This document shows, piece by piece, positions 23,776-36,978 of a DNA stretch of 64,000 nt; positions within the stretch are counted from its first letter, which is position 1; each line of letters starts with the position of its first letter. The DNA comes from Octopus sinensis (taxonomy: Eukaryota). The stretch lies in the NCBI RefSeq assembly GCF_006345805.1, contig NC_042997.1, forward strand, positions 127,224,001 to 127,288,000. The letters are read 5' to 3'. The position numbers and the translations under genes are program-made. The notes under the pieces are model-generated. The model saw nothing but the letters and a program-made list of their open reading frames with translations. It did not search any database and was not told the origin of the DNA.

Positions 23776-25954
23776 ACTAGAAGTGTACAGTTAAATGAAC
23801 TGAAACCAGTATATTACCAATGATTATTCTGTTATATTCTGTATTATTAATGATGGGTCAGTTTGGATCTGGAAGGATTTGAACTGTTATCTCCAGTTTT
23901 CATTTCTTTCCCAAAACATTCTTCTTACAACTGTTTTTCCTTATAATAGATCAGATTAGGTGATCTATAGAAATTCCCATGTGGATGTATTTAGGCGAGC
24001 AGATTAGTTTACATTAAACTAACGAGCAGGTTACTTTACATTGAATTGTCCTATGCATGCTAAACAGTGAGAATGAAAATCATCATTTGCATATTTATTC
24101 TAAGTACATTCCTGCAGATTCAAATATGAACATGCTAATCACTGTTGTGTTTGTCACAGGTGAACGACTTCTTTACAACAAATATGCGTTCATAACACAC
24201 TCAGTTCATTAATACAAGGGATTCTGAGACACCATTGTTTTGACATGCTGTGTCTCATCAGGCAGCAGCACTTCTGACTCGTTTTTTAATCTTGCTGTCC
24301 ACCATGCACATAATGATTCACTATTGATTAGCAGACATCAGCATGTACCAGCAAACAGCTGAAATTATAGACAAGACTATTGGATTATGTTAGATTCACT
24401 TGTCTGGGGATATTTTCTATGTTTGTAGTAAATTTTAAACGAACTGCATGTAGTCCAGAACATTAACAACTTAGCATATCTCATCTAATCACTGAAATAT
24501 TCCACATACAAATGAGGCTACCACTATGTGGTCATTCACCATGCTAGAATTAACAACCGAATCTCCCTCAGATTACACCCTGATGTATTTAAGATAGGGG
24601 AAGAAAAAAACAAACAAACATGCTGGACAACATAGTTCATGGTAAACAGAGAATGGTCATAACTGGATCATAAGTTTATGCAATCAGAGACTTTAACAAA
24701 AGGTGAAATGGCAAACGAAGTCTCTCATCTCCATTGTTAGATGTTAACTATTGTTCTGGTAGAACCAAAATTAACTACTAAAAATTTTATAGAAACCATT
24801 AGCTAGAAGAATAATAATGAACTAACCAAAGTCAAGCATATAGAATGGTTTAAAATAATATTATGTCAGCGAAAGACTAGTTTCTTGGCTCCATCTGTGC
24901 AACACTCCTGACAATAGGAGAGACAATGGCTGTAAAGTTATGATGCCAGACTATTAATGACGACATTATTAACATAAAATTTACTACCAGCCACAGCTAT
25001 TGTCCTGTGTCCTTGAGCAAGGCACATTACTCTGCTTGTTTACCTGACTGACATTTAAATTATTTTACTCATTAGAAGACTATTCAGGTGTGAAAACAGC
25101 AGATCATCCAGCTTTGGCAAGCATGATAAAATAATAATAAAATAGGAACAAAAGAAAAAATTAAAATTCTGATTAGGACTTCTAGAGCAAAAACCAAAGA
25201 TGTTCTATTTATAATATTAGGATACGACAAAGACATTGCAAAACTGTGTGTCAACCATCTCAGACGACTAACAGTGAATGTTTCAAATTTAAAAAAAAAG
25301 TAAAAATTAATCAATATTCATGAACATACAGAAAATGTCTTTTGGTATTACACACTTTCAACAAAATCTGTGTCTTGGCTTCACCCATAATGCAAAACAC
25401 TACCCCCACCCACCATTTTTTAATATTCTTGAGTTATTAGAAATTTCTGAAGAGATCTAATTTTACTGTTATATTCAAGCAAAATATCACCGATATTAAA
25501 TTAGTATTTTTTAGAATTTTCCATAAAGTTTTGATAAAATCAGACAAGCAGTTCCGTTAATGCCTGTGAATAGTTGTCTAAACTAAACCAACAACCTATA
25601 TAACACCGACATTTTTCATATTTTCAAGAAGTTGTTATTATTTTTTTGCTGCTTGTTTTTCTACCTTTTCTTTTATATCCATTTTTCTTGCTATCATAGT
25701 TATATGGGTTGTGTAAATTTGGACATTTGTATATTGTAAGAGCAATTGTTTCGATAAATAGATGTCACTTTCCTGCCTTTAACTATTTAGAAGTGAAGCA
25801 GAAGTGTTATGTGTTTGTCAACAACATACATACACTAAGTTGAGAAAATCAATGTTTATTTCTTACTTAAGCAGAGCAAAATTATGGCAAAGTAATGGTT
25901 GCATCAAAGATGTGAAAACTCAACCTAAGAGTCTGAACCTCACAATCATTGATC

Positions 25955-26617
25955 CTTTACTCTTTTACTCTTTTACTTGTTTCAGGCATTTGACTGCGGC
26001 CGTGCTGGAGCACCGCCTTTTGTCGAGTAAATCAACCCCAGGACTTATTCTTTGTAAGTCTACTACTTATTGGAGAGTGTTGAAGAGATGTTTTGATTTA
26101 TTTGGTATCTAACTATTACAAGTTCAAATCCTACCATGGTAGCTCTTCCCTTTCTGCAAGGAGTGATAAAACAGGTCCCAGTAATGTCTTGAAGTTCTCT
26201 CTTTTACTCTTTTACTTGTTTCAGTCATTTGACTGTGGCCATGCTGGAACACCACCTTTAGTTGAGCAAGTCGACCCCATGACTTATTCTTTGTAAGCCT
26301 AGTACTTATTCTATCGGTCTCTTTTGCCGAACTACTAAGTTATGGGAGCGTAAACACACCACCATCGGTTGTCAAGCAATGTGTGGGGGGAGGACAAACA
26401 CAGACAGACAAACATATACACACACATACATATATATATATATATACATATATATGGCAGGCTTCTGTCAGTTTCTGCCTACCAAATCCACTCACAAGGC
26501 TTTGGTCCACCCGAGGCTATAGTATAAGACACTTGCCCAAGGTGCCACGCAGTGGGAATGAATCCTGAACCATGTGGTTGATAAGCAAGCTACTTACTAC
26601 ACAGCCACTCCTGCACC
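25955..26617 (-). mobile_element. SINE family A with duplicated tail and 130-bp segment shared with 47016-47150
   Basis: Tail 25955-26070, shared segment 26071-26200, full SINE 26198-26617. Confidence 0.85.
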
Positions 26618-26784
26618 TTTAATAAAGAAGCATTTGCTGAAAATATTAATTTTTCAGTTTTCTTTTATTGGTTTCAGTCTTTGAATCACGGCCAAACTGG
26701 GGCATTCCCTTCAAGTTCAAATCATATAGTAACCAGTTCTAATTTTATTGATCTCTATTTATTGAACCACTAATTTATAAGACA

Positions 26785-27169
26785 CTAGCAGTATCGCCCG
26801 GCGTTGCTCAGGTTTGTAAGGGAAATAACTATAAAGCATTTTTAGAGAGTTATAGCCAAAAAATAGCAAAAAAATGGAAAAAAATGATGGTAAATTTTTT
26901 TTTGAGATTTAAAAAAGGTGGAGTTGCGTCCCCTAGACAGTTTGTGGTTCGTGTTTCTGATTCTCGACCCCATGTCGAATTTATCATTTTTTTTCAGAAC
27001 TGGGGGAACTTTTCAAAATTTTCGCTGCGTTAGTTTTGAATTATGACATTGGGCTATGTGTGTGTCAAGTTTCATCAGAATCGGTTGAAAGCCGTGGTCA
27101 GGGTGAGGGTACAACCAAACAGACACACAGAAACATGCACAGACAAACTGCCGTTTATATAGAGAGAGA
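26785..27169 (-). mobile_element. Non-autonomous Helitron (Lep1-like architecture)
   Basis: Minus strand starts A|TC and ends with a GC hairpin (perfect cccgagcaacgccggg in the second copy) followed by CTAG|T. It has an acagac repeat and aagtttcatcagaatcgg. Second copy at 29227. Confidence 0.85.
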
Positions 27170-27514
27170 TATAGGATACAGAATGGTAACAGCACTTATA
27201 TTTAGACCAGTATAAATACAAACACAGAAGACACATACCTGCATTCATACACTGTCACATAAACACATACACACTGTCTCCATCTCTCTGTCTCTGTCTG
27301 CTTGTCCGTCTGTCTGTCTGTCTGTCTCTAATATACATGTATATAATACACGGTTTCAAATTTTGATGCAAGGCCAGTAATTTCGAGTTGAGGGTGGTAA
27401 GTAGATCACATCAACCCCAGTGTTCGACTGGTACTTATTTTATCAGCCCCGAAATGATCAGGTTATATAATACTGTATTGGAGATTCCTTAAACACAACA
27501 TGGTATAGAAAATA

Positions 27515-27615
27515 TACTGATGAAGGAAATGATGACAGTGATAATGAAGTTGACAACTATGATGACGATGACGATGATGACGATGATGATGACGATGACG
27601 ATGGCGATGATGATG

Positions 27616-27646
<31 letters not shown>

Positions 27647-27943
27647 CGACAATGACAATGACGACAATAATGATGATGGTGATGATTACATAGCAACAGA
27701 AATGACAATAATGATGGGCGATAATGATGATGATGATATTGATGGTGATGACAATGATGACAACAATGATGACGATGATGGTGATGACAATGATGACAAC
27801 AATGATGACGATGATGGTGATGACAATGATGATGATGATGATAATGATGATGATGGTGATGATGATGATGATGATGAAGAAGATGATGATCGTGGTGACA
27901 GCAGTGATAATGGTAATGATGTTGATGATGAGAAATGATGACA

Positions 27944-27980
<37 letters not shown>

Positions 27981-28040
27981 CGATAACGATGACGATGACA
28001 ACAATGTTGATGAGGAGGTTGATTATAACAAGGATGATGA
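27515..28040. repeat. (GAT)n-family degenerate trinucleotide repeat
   Basis: Direct reading. Confidence 0.95.
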
Positions 28041-28082
28041 ATTACACTCAAATCTACAACTGTCAAACATCAGTGTTTGAAT

Positions 28083-28486
28083 CTCTTTTACTCTTTTACT
28101 TGTTTCAGTCATTTGACTGTGGTCATATTGGAGCACCGCCTTTAGTCGAGCAAATCGATCCCAGGACTTATTCTTTGGAAGCCAAGTACTTATTTTATCA
28201 GTCTCTTTTGCCGAACCGCTAAGTTACAAGGATGTAAACGCACCAGCATCAGTTGTCAAGTGATGTTGGAAGGGACAAACACAGACACACAAACACACAA
28301 TTATATTCATATTCATATATACAACAGGCTTATTTCAGTTTCCGTCTACCAAATCCACACACAAGGCTTTGGTCAGCCTGAGGCTATAGCAGAAGACACT
28401 TTCCCAAGGTGCCACGCAGTGGGACTGAACCCGGAACCATGTGGTTGATAAGCAAGCTACTTACCACACAGCCACTCCTGAGCCTG
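28083..28486 (-). mobile_element. SINE family A
   Basis: Family A reverse complement. Confidence 0.9.
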
Positions 28487-28526
28487 ATTGAGAAAACAAC
28501 AACAAAAAAACACTATTTCCTTTCAG

Positions 28527-28596
28527 AATTGAACCTTATCTCCAACTTAACATCTCCCATGATTATAATACAGATTTTGTGAATAAGAAGGTCGGT
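28527..28596 (+). other. Candidate 70-nt exon
   Basis: Acceptor ctatttcctttcag| and donor |gtaagt. One frame is open: IEPYLQLNISHDYNTDFVNKKVG. Confidence 0.3.
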
Positions 28597-28989
28597 GTAA
28601 GTTTGAGTTTTCTAGAACAGAGTGTATTACTCAACCACACTTAAACTTTTGCTTCTCTTTCTGTTGTTGGTTTTGTATTCAATAAATGACCACAACCTGG
28701 AATTGAGGCAACTGTCTGACTCTGGAGGTTATTTCTCAATAGAAATTACCTGTGAAATAGTTGTTTAGTGTACCTTGTAAAATGGTTGATGAACAAAAGA
28801 AGAGTATGTTGGGGAAGAGGGGACTCTTTAGTCTTGGCAAAACCATGGCAACCCCTGAAGTGCTGATACCATGATACAGAGTAATCAACCAGATTAAAAA
28901 TGATGATAATGACCATGAGGAGAAAAAAAAGATGATGATGAGGATGAAGGTGATGATTTTTCATGATGATGATGATGATAGTGGTGGTG

Positions 28990-29022
<33 letters not shown>

Positions 29023-29134
29023 GCAACAACAGTGATGTTGACAATGGCAATGAAGAGCAAATTAACTCTGTTATTGTGATAGCTTCTTCAGCATTACATT
29101 CATTATTTTGAAGTGAAAATAATTTTTAATTGAC

Positions 29135-29218
<84 letters not shown>

Positions 29219-29226
29219 TATATATA

Positions 29227-29597
29227 CGAGCAGTATCGCCCGGCGTTGCTCGGGTTTGTAAGGGAAATAACTATAAAGCATTTTTAGAGCGTTATAGCCA
29301 AAAAATAGCAAAAAAATGGGAAAAAAATTATGGTAAATTTTTTTTTTGAGAGTTAAAAAGGTCGAGTTGCGTCCCCTAGACAGTCTGTGGTTTGTGTTTC
29401 TGATTCTCGGCCCCATGTCGAATTTATCGATTTTTTTCAGAACTGGGGGAACTTTTCAAAATTTTCTCTGCGTTAGTTTTGAATTATGACATTGGGCTAT
29501 GTGTGTGTGTCAAGTTTCATCAGAATTGGTTGAAAGCCGTGGTCAGGGTGAGGGTACAACCTAACAGACACACAGACACGCACACAGACAAACTGCC

Positions 29598-29605
<8 letters not shown>
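29227..29605 (-). mobile_element. Non-autonomous Helitron, second copy, inserted in (TA)n
   Basis: Highly similar to 26785-27169. Confidence 0.85.
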
Positions 29606-29634
<29 letters not shown>

Positions 29635-30489
29635 ACATTAAAAGTCAGTTTGAATCTAGCTTGCTTGCAATGTTACTCAGCCAAACTGGTGCATAATGGA
29701 AAAATACTATGAATTAAGTTTACCCTGAAATGTTAATATGAATGGAATGAAAGAAGTTTCGTGTAAATTGGTAAACTCGTTTTCGAAATATCAGAGATTT
29801 TCGGGGTATAAATACCCAAAATGGTGCATAATGGAAAACTGTTCTGAAAATAATATTTATCCTGAAAGGAAGAAGCTCTTAATTTTGATTAGACAGCGTG
29901 CTGACAACGAATAAATACAATATTTTTTTTACAGTAAATGTCTGTATTTTTGCTTTTGTTAAACACAATAATCTAATGATTAAAATTTTTTTTTAAGTGA
30001 ATGTGATTTCAAAAATGTAAGTTGTTTGTACAGTAAGTATTTGTATTTTAGCTTTCTTTAAACAGACAATATTTTAATGTTTTTTAAAATTATTTTCAAG
30101 TGAATTCCATTACAAAAATTTTTTTGGCATATTTTTTAAAATATTCTAAAGTGAAAATGACTTTAAAAATATGGTAAATATTTTGTAAAAGACCCATTCG
30201 TAACCTCGGTGTGAAATAGTTTTCTTCCATAGGTTTTTTCAAGTGCATTCAATGTATCTCACCTCCAAAGATTTGGCTGCTATTTCTAGCATGCCCTGCT
30301 ACCATATAGCGGTTATTTGCGAAAAAGGACCTGAAATTCCTGTTATGAGGTAGCAGGGCGTGCAAGAAGTAGCAGCCAAATCTTTCCTTTTTTGGAGAAA
30401 GGAGCCGTTTACACATGATTTCAATGTTACATTCACTGAAAACATGCGAAATAACCAGCTAAAGAAAAAATTCCCTAGAAACAAAATTC

Positions 30490-30569
30490 TGTTGCTGGGA
30501 AACTCACAGGCAGTTTAGTATATATATATATATATATATACTAAACTACCTGTGAGTTTCCCAGCAACA
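30490..30569. repeat. Fold-back palindrome around (TA)n
   Basis: tgttgctgggaaactcacaggcagtttag (TA)n ctaaactacctgtgagtttcccagcaaca; 29-bp arms with 1 mismatch. Confidence 0.9.
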
Positions 30570-30647
30570 ATTGCAGCGTGGAAGGTGTTTATAAGCCATA
30601 TAAGAAACACACAAAACGGTTAGATTCACTTCAACATTTAAATTCAA

Positions 30648-30698
30648 TTTGTCAAAATATTTTCGTCGCTTTGAGACCGCGACCTGTTCAATGACAAA
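30648..30698 (-). ncRNA. Minimal hammerhead-like fold with non-canonical core, in a PLE-like remnant (30570-30720)
   Basis: Minus strand: TTTGTCA-TTGAACA-G-GTCGC(ggtctcaaa)GCGAC-GAA-A-ATAT-T-T-TGACAAA. Confidence 0.65.
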
Positions 30699-30752
30699 AC
30701 TTCATACTGCATCTCTACTGCATCATCATATATATATATATATATATATATA

Positions 30753-31810
30753 TCATCATCATCATCGTCATCATCATCATTTAACGTCCGCTTTCCATGC
30801 TAGCATGGGTTGGACGGTTCAACTGGGGTCTGGGGAGCCCGAAAGCTGCACCAGTCCAGTCAGATCTGGCAGTGTTTCTACAGCTGGATGCCCTTCCTAA
30901 CGCCAACCACTCCGAGAGTGTAGTGGGTGATTTTATGTGCCACCGACACAGGTGCCAGACGAGGTGACCACGGCCACGCTCGGATGGTGTTTTTTTATGT
31001 GCCACCGACACAGGTGCCAGACGAGGCTGGCAGACGGCCACGCTCGGATGGTGGTTTTTTTATGTGCCAACCGACACAGGTGCCAGACGAGGCTGGCAAC
31101 GGCCACGCTCGGATGGTGTTTTTTTATGTGCCACCGACACAGGTGCCAGACGAGGCTGGCAGATGGCCACGCTCGGATGGTGTTTTTATGTGCCACCGAC
31201 ACAGGTGCCAGATGAGGCTGGCAAACGGCCACGATCGGATGGGCTTGTTACGTGCCCACAGCACGGAGGCCAGTCGATGCGGTACTGGCTACGGCCACGT
31301 TCGGATGGTTTTCTTATATGCCACGTGCCACCGGCACTGGTACCACAAAGATACAAATTCCATTGATGTTCATCTATTTTGATTTGTTTTGATTTGATTT
31401 GATTTTCACTTGCCTCAACAGGTCTTCACAAGTGTCACAAGAAGGAAGGTATGCACAGGTGGACTGACTACGTCCCAGGTAGGGGCCATGGGTTATGGCC
31501 TGACTAGTCTTGCCGGGTCTTCGGATGGTGTTTTTATGTGCCACCGACACAGGTGCTAGATGAGGCTGGCGAACGGCCACGATCGGATGGTGTTTGTCAT
31601 GTGCCCACAGAACGGAGGCCAGTCGATGCGGTACTGGCTACGGCCACTTTCGGATGGTTTTCTCTTGTGTGCCACCGGCACTGGTACCACAAAGATACAA
31701 ATTCCATTGATGTTCATCTATTTTGATTTGTTTTGATTTGATTTTGATTTTGATTTTGATTTTCACTTGCCTCAACAGGCCTTTGATTTTCACTTGCCTC
31801 AACAGGCCTA
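30753..31810 (-). mobile_element. RTE 3'-tail element with ~59-bp minisatellite and internal duplication
   Basis: (CAT)n, then ttaacgtccgctttccatgctagcatgggttgga. The unit ttttatgtgccaccgacacaggtgccagacgaggctggcagacggccacgctcggatggtg occurs ~5 times. 31175-31420 is repeated at 31522-31780. Confidence 0.85.
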
Positions 31811-32676
31811 TATTTAAATATTATTTTTTTCTAAAGTAAATGTACTTTGAGGTTTAATTGATCATACAACTATTTTTGTGATTGCAACCTCAAAACTAGA
31901 ATATTCTTGGAATCGTACTTCTTTTAAGAGTGTAAAGAATGAATATATCTTCTGAAACATTTTTTTCCCTAATGCAAAAAGAAAAGAAACAAAATGAAAA
32001 AAAAATAATAAAGCAAAATGGAAATAAAAAAAACGTTCCGCAAAAATTCAAAATCTTCCAGTTGGTGAGCAAATAAGATTCCTGGAAACAGAAATTGGAT
32101 TCTGTTTCAACAGACAATCTAGCGGAATAATGCTTATGTTTCTGCTATAAGAATACAGAAATAATCACTTAGGGATTTTAGTAGAGTTCTATGGCATGAT
32201 TGCTTCTGCTGAAACCCTTTCTAGAGAGATATCAGGTGATTGATTTATGCTGACAGGGATTTGAAACAAGATGGACCTGTCCATTAAGTTGGGTTGGTGT
32301 CGAAGCTGCTCTTGAATAAATTTATACATCAAGCTGTGGTTTAGATGTCAGTTTGTAATAAAACCGAGATCTACAGTGCAGTTTTTTTGTAAGTCATCAT
32401 TATCATTATTCATGTTATTGTCAGCCTCATAGTCATCATCATCTTCCTCGTTTTCTGTATTGTCTTTTCTGCTATCTTAATGTCACCTTGACCATTGGTG
32501 TAATTGTTACAGTGGTTGCTATCAGGTCAATTAATCTCATCACCATTATCTAGCATCTCAAGGTGGCAGTGAGATGGCTTGATCGTCAGGGCATTGGACA
32601 AAATCCATGGTTGTATTTCTTTTGACTTTTTACTTTATGAGAGCTCAATTCCCGCTGACAACAACTTTACCTTTCA

Positions 32677-33012
32677 CAATGATAATGATGGTGATGATAA
32701 CAGTGGTGATGATGATGATGATGAAGATGATAATGGATAATGATGATGATGATGACGATGACGACGACGACGACGACGACAATGATGATGACCATGACAT
32801 TGGTGATGATAATGATAATGATGACAACAATATTGATGATGATGATGATGATGACGATGGTAATGATGAAACTGATGGTGAAGATGATGACAATGATGAG
32901 GATGATGATGATGATGATGTCGATAATGACAATGACCAAGATTATGATGTTGATGATGATGGGTAATGATGATGATGATGATGATGAGGACAATGATAAA
33001 GATGATGATGAT
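32677..33012. repeat. (GAT)n/(GAC)n repeat
   Basis: Direct reading. Confidence 0.95.
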
Positions 33013-33594
33013 TTAGAGTCAAATCTTCAAATGGTATCAATTTTACCTTTCATCTCTACAATGCTCATAAAATAAAGTACCAGTCATGCACTTGGGTTGA
33101 TCATATTGACTATCTCCCTTCCTTCAAAATTACTGACCTTGTGCCTAAATTAGAAAGCATTATTTAGCACCTTGGGAGTCACTAGAAATAACAGCCTGCT
33201 ACATTTAACAACCAAATCCCCCCCCCCTAAAATCATATTCCAGTACCTTAAAAAAGGACACATTGGATAATGTGCTCTTCAGTTCTCTGTGCATAAGAAA
33301 AACATAGCTTGGTCATGAGTGAGATGGTTCTAAATATGGAGCTGTTTGGTCAGGGATATCCTGGGGCAAAATGACAATAACAACACATATATGAATTAAC
33401 AAGGAAATGGAGTAAGAAGATTGAGCAAAGTTGTTTGGATGCTGGTGATTTGGTGTGACTGACCGGCTGGCTGGCTGGTTGGACATTCAGCCTGTTTTCA
33501 TGACAGTTCTTTTTGGCACTACAGGCACACACACAAACACACACACACACATACACATACATATACACACATGCACATGCAAAATATACATATA

Positions 33595-34003
33595 CTCTTT
33601 TACTCTTTTACTTGTTTCAGTCGTGTAACTGTTGCCATGCTGGAGCACTGCTTTTAGTCGAGCAAATCAACCCCAGGACTTATCCTTTGTAAGCCTAGTA
33701 CTTATTCTATCAGTCTCTTTTGCCAACCTGGTAAGTTACGGGGATGTAAACACACCAGCATCGGTTGTCAACTGATGTTGGGTAGACAAACACAGACACA
33801 AAAACACATACTCACACATACATATATATACATATACACGACGGGCTTTTTTCAGTTTCTGTCTACCAAATCCACTCACAAGGCTTTGGTCAGCCTGAGA
33901 CTATAGTAGAAGACACTTGCCCAAGGTGCCACGCAGTGGGACTGAACCCGGAACCATGTGGTTCATAAGCATGCTACTTACCACACAGCCTCTCCTATGC
34001 CTA
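33595..34003 (-). mobile_element. SINE family A
   Basis: Family A reverse complement. Confidence 0.9.
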
Positions 34004-34390
34004 TATAGATAAAAATAGTAAAAGCGAGAGAGAGAGATTATAATTTATTAAGTGAATATGATTCACATAAACACAGAAATGATAAGCTTACACATGTAAA
34101 CAGAGAAAGGGAGAACGTGTGAGAGAAAAAAGTGAAAAAGAGATAGAAATAGATAGAGGGTGGAAGAGAGGGAGGGAGGGAGAAAAATGTTAAAACAGGA
34201 GAAACATTGAAATGTCTGATGTCAAACAAGTCAGTTTTGAATCAGCCATGCCAACTTGGTGGTGCCAAAACAGCTATGCCAAAATGCCTCACACCCACAA
34301 AAGAAGTCTTTATACTGTCATCTGGTCTGCTAAAAATAGTAACCAAATTTCAGACCAACTTTATCATCTTAAAGAAATAGGAAGGATAAA

Positions 34391-34686
34391 TCATCATCAT
34401 CATCATCATCAACATCATCATCGTTTAACGTCCGCTTTCCATGCTAGCAGGGGTTGGACGATTTGACTGAGGACTGGCGAACCAGATGGCTGCACCAGGC
34501 TCCAATCTGATCTGGCAGAGTTTCTACAGCTGGATGCCCTTCCTAACGCAAACCACTCTGAGAGTGTAGTAGGTGCTTTTATGTGTCACCAGCATGAGGG
34601 CTAGTCAGGAGGTACTGGCAACAGCCACGCTCAAATGGTGTTTTTTACGTGCTACCTGCACAGGAGCCAGTCCAGCGGCACTGGGT
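34391..34686 (-). mobile_element. RTE 3'-tail short element with (CAT)n
   Basis: Same tail as 30753 and 41210-41345. Confidence 0.85.
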
Positions 34687-35017
34687 AATATATACAGAAT
34701 GTTCAAGCTTAATCTGATAATTGTTTTTATGTTTCCTTTTTCTAGAAACAGCTTGATATTATTGGTCTTGGAGAGCATATAGATTAAAGTTGTAAAAATG
34801 TTAGCTGAAATCTTGAAGTCATCTGAATAATGGAAAAGTGATACCTGTATCATAATAATTCATACTGGGTGTCAAAATGCTGATATCATGACTGGTTTTG
34901 TTTTGGTAATTATTGAGACATATCTTTATTTCATCCATCCATCCCTCATAGTGCTGGTAAGATCATGGTGAGAGATTCCTCAGGCTCTTCCTTCATAGGG
35001 TCCTGCCAGAAGCAACC

Positions 35018-35356
35018 TGCCGAGACCCCCTTCAGTCATGACTGACCGTGGGATTGCACCTAGAAAGTTACCCTCCCAGGCACAAGTCCGGGCAAGGTTG
35101 TTTATGGAAGACCAGCACTAACCCATGCATACCAGCCTCCCCTCTCCACGCCACCAGGGTTATCCAAGGGAAAGGCTAAGGCTGATACAGCTTGGCACCT
35201 GTGATGTCGCAACTCATTTCTACAGCTGAGTGAACTGGAGCAACATGAAATAAAATGTCTTGCTCAAGAACACAACATGCAGCCCAGTCTAGGATTTGAA
35301 CTCACAACCTCATGATCGTAAGCTCAATACTCTAACCACTGAGCCATGCACATCCA
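35018..35356 (-). mobile_element. SINE family C-type (body Y + tail 3), 12-bp TSD; related copy at 49173-49495 (+)
   Basis: TSD ccagaagcaacc on both sides. tRNA-like head on minus. Confidence 0.85.
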
Positions 35357-35457
35357 CCAGAAGCAACCATTATTACAGTTTTTAACTGGGTTCCCAAGTA
35401 TGACCAATATGAATATTATCCAACCATCACATTCTTGGTTGACCCCTTTTTTTGCAG

Positions 35458-35637
35458 GTCCATTACAAATACCTGATATAAATATGGCTACGAAAAGCTA
35501 CAATATGAAACGGTTCGTTACTTCAAAGCAATATTATATGTTGGATGTCTGCCAGCTTTTGCAATTCTTTGCAAACTTAAATCTTGTAAATTCTCTGAGA
35601 ACTTCAATAAATATCAGAAGTTTGAAACCTTATGGAG
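35458..35637 (+). other. Candidate 180-nt exon
   Basis: Acceptor ttgacccctttttttgcag|G and donor GAG|gtaaat. The phase 1-1 frame is open throughout (PLQIPDINMATKSYNMKRF...KPYG). Confidence 0.35.
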
Positions 35638-36304
35638 GTAAATACAAAATAAATTAACTTTCTCTGTTTATAAGCATTGCAAAATTCCTTAAATGTGTAG
35701 ATAAAAATAAAACAAGGAGATATTTTGTTTCAAAGTAAGAAAAAAAATCTTTCTTTTTTAATTTAAAACTTTATAACTATTGTAAAACAACAACAAAGTG
35801 AAAATCCTAAATCCTTCAGCAGATAGTTTTATTAAATTTTAACAGGAGCTGATTTCTTGGAGAAAATTTCCTGACAATTCTATGTCATCTGGATGGGAAA
35901 GATGGTTAGAATATAGAAGTAATGGAAGGATATTATTTAAAAGCTTGGTTAGTATGTGGTGCTTGTAAAAATAACGCATGTTATTGACTGCTTTAAGAAA
36001 TAGTCTGTATTAGTACCATCATTACTCTCACCATCAGCCTTGGCATCACCATTGATACCACTTACCACTTCCATTAGGGAACTGTCAGAGAGTTGGCAAA
36101 AATGCTTCCTATTATTTCTTCCAACTCATCACATTCTGAGATGAAATTCTACCAGGGTCAACTTGACCGTTATCCTTTTGGGAGTTAATAAGATAAAGCA
36201 GCACTCAAGTACTGGGGTCAATGTAATCTTACTCCACTTGGAGGGCCATATAACCTAGTGCCAAATTTTCAGAATGGTTATGTCCATTGTGATATTGAAC
36301 ATCT

Positions 36305-36385
36305 TCAGATAATCTCTTTTTCAGATAATCTATTTTTCAGATAATCTATTTTTCAGATAATCTTTTTCAGATAATCTCTTTTTCC
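36305..36385. repeat. 16-bp tandem repeat (cagataatctattttt) x5
   Basis: Direct reading. Confidence 0.85.
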
Positions 36386-36978
36386 CATATCTTCTTCAGG
36401 TTCCTTCCACAGGCCAATTTTCTCTCTAGTCATCATTCTCCATAACCAACACTACCACCAATAATACTACTGTCATCAAACTCATGTAAGACAGCTCCTA
36501 TATGTTTAATCAACTTAGCAGAAATAGCAGCCAAGTCTCTCTCATATCACAAACTTTATTATCTTTGGAAAAGAAGGATACTCTTGATAAGGATGTTTTA
36601 GATACACTTTGAAAAGACAGATGTGATGCTAATAACTGGAACACCTTTGATCAAAGGTATTGTAATTAATGCTGACTTGGTAGCTAAACTACAAGAAGTA
36701 ATTCTGCTACCCTGGGAGTTGTTATGCAGTCACTTGACCTGTTGGAAAGAGTAACCAAATTTTCCTCAAATTACACCCCATTGTTTTGGAAAAGAACATG
36801 TTAAATAATGTGGTCCTATGCTCCCTGCACATAGAAAAATGACAGAATGGGGTTTAATTGGAGTAAATACTTTTAGTTGGGAGTCCTTTCTGTTGCCATC
36901 TATACAACTGTAATGCAGAGCAGGCCAGAAAAGGGGCCTCTGTGCAGTCACCCAATCTGCTAGAAATAGCTGCCAATA

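Noticed and set aside
30927-31260. CRISPR-like regular repeat
   Set aside because: The units are contiguous tandem copies with no unique spacers. The context is a eukaryotic RTE tail with no cas genes.
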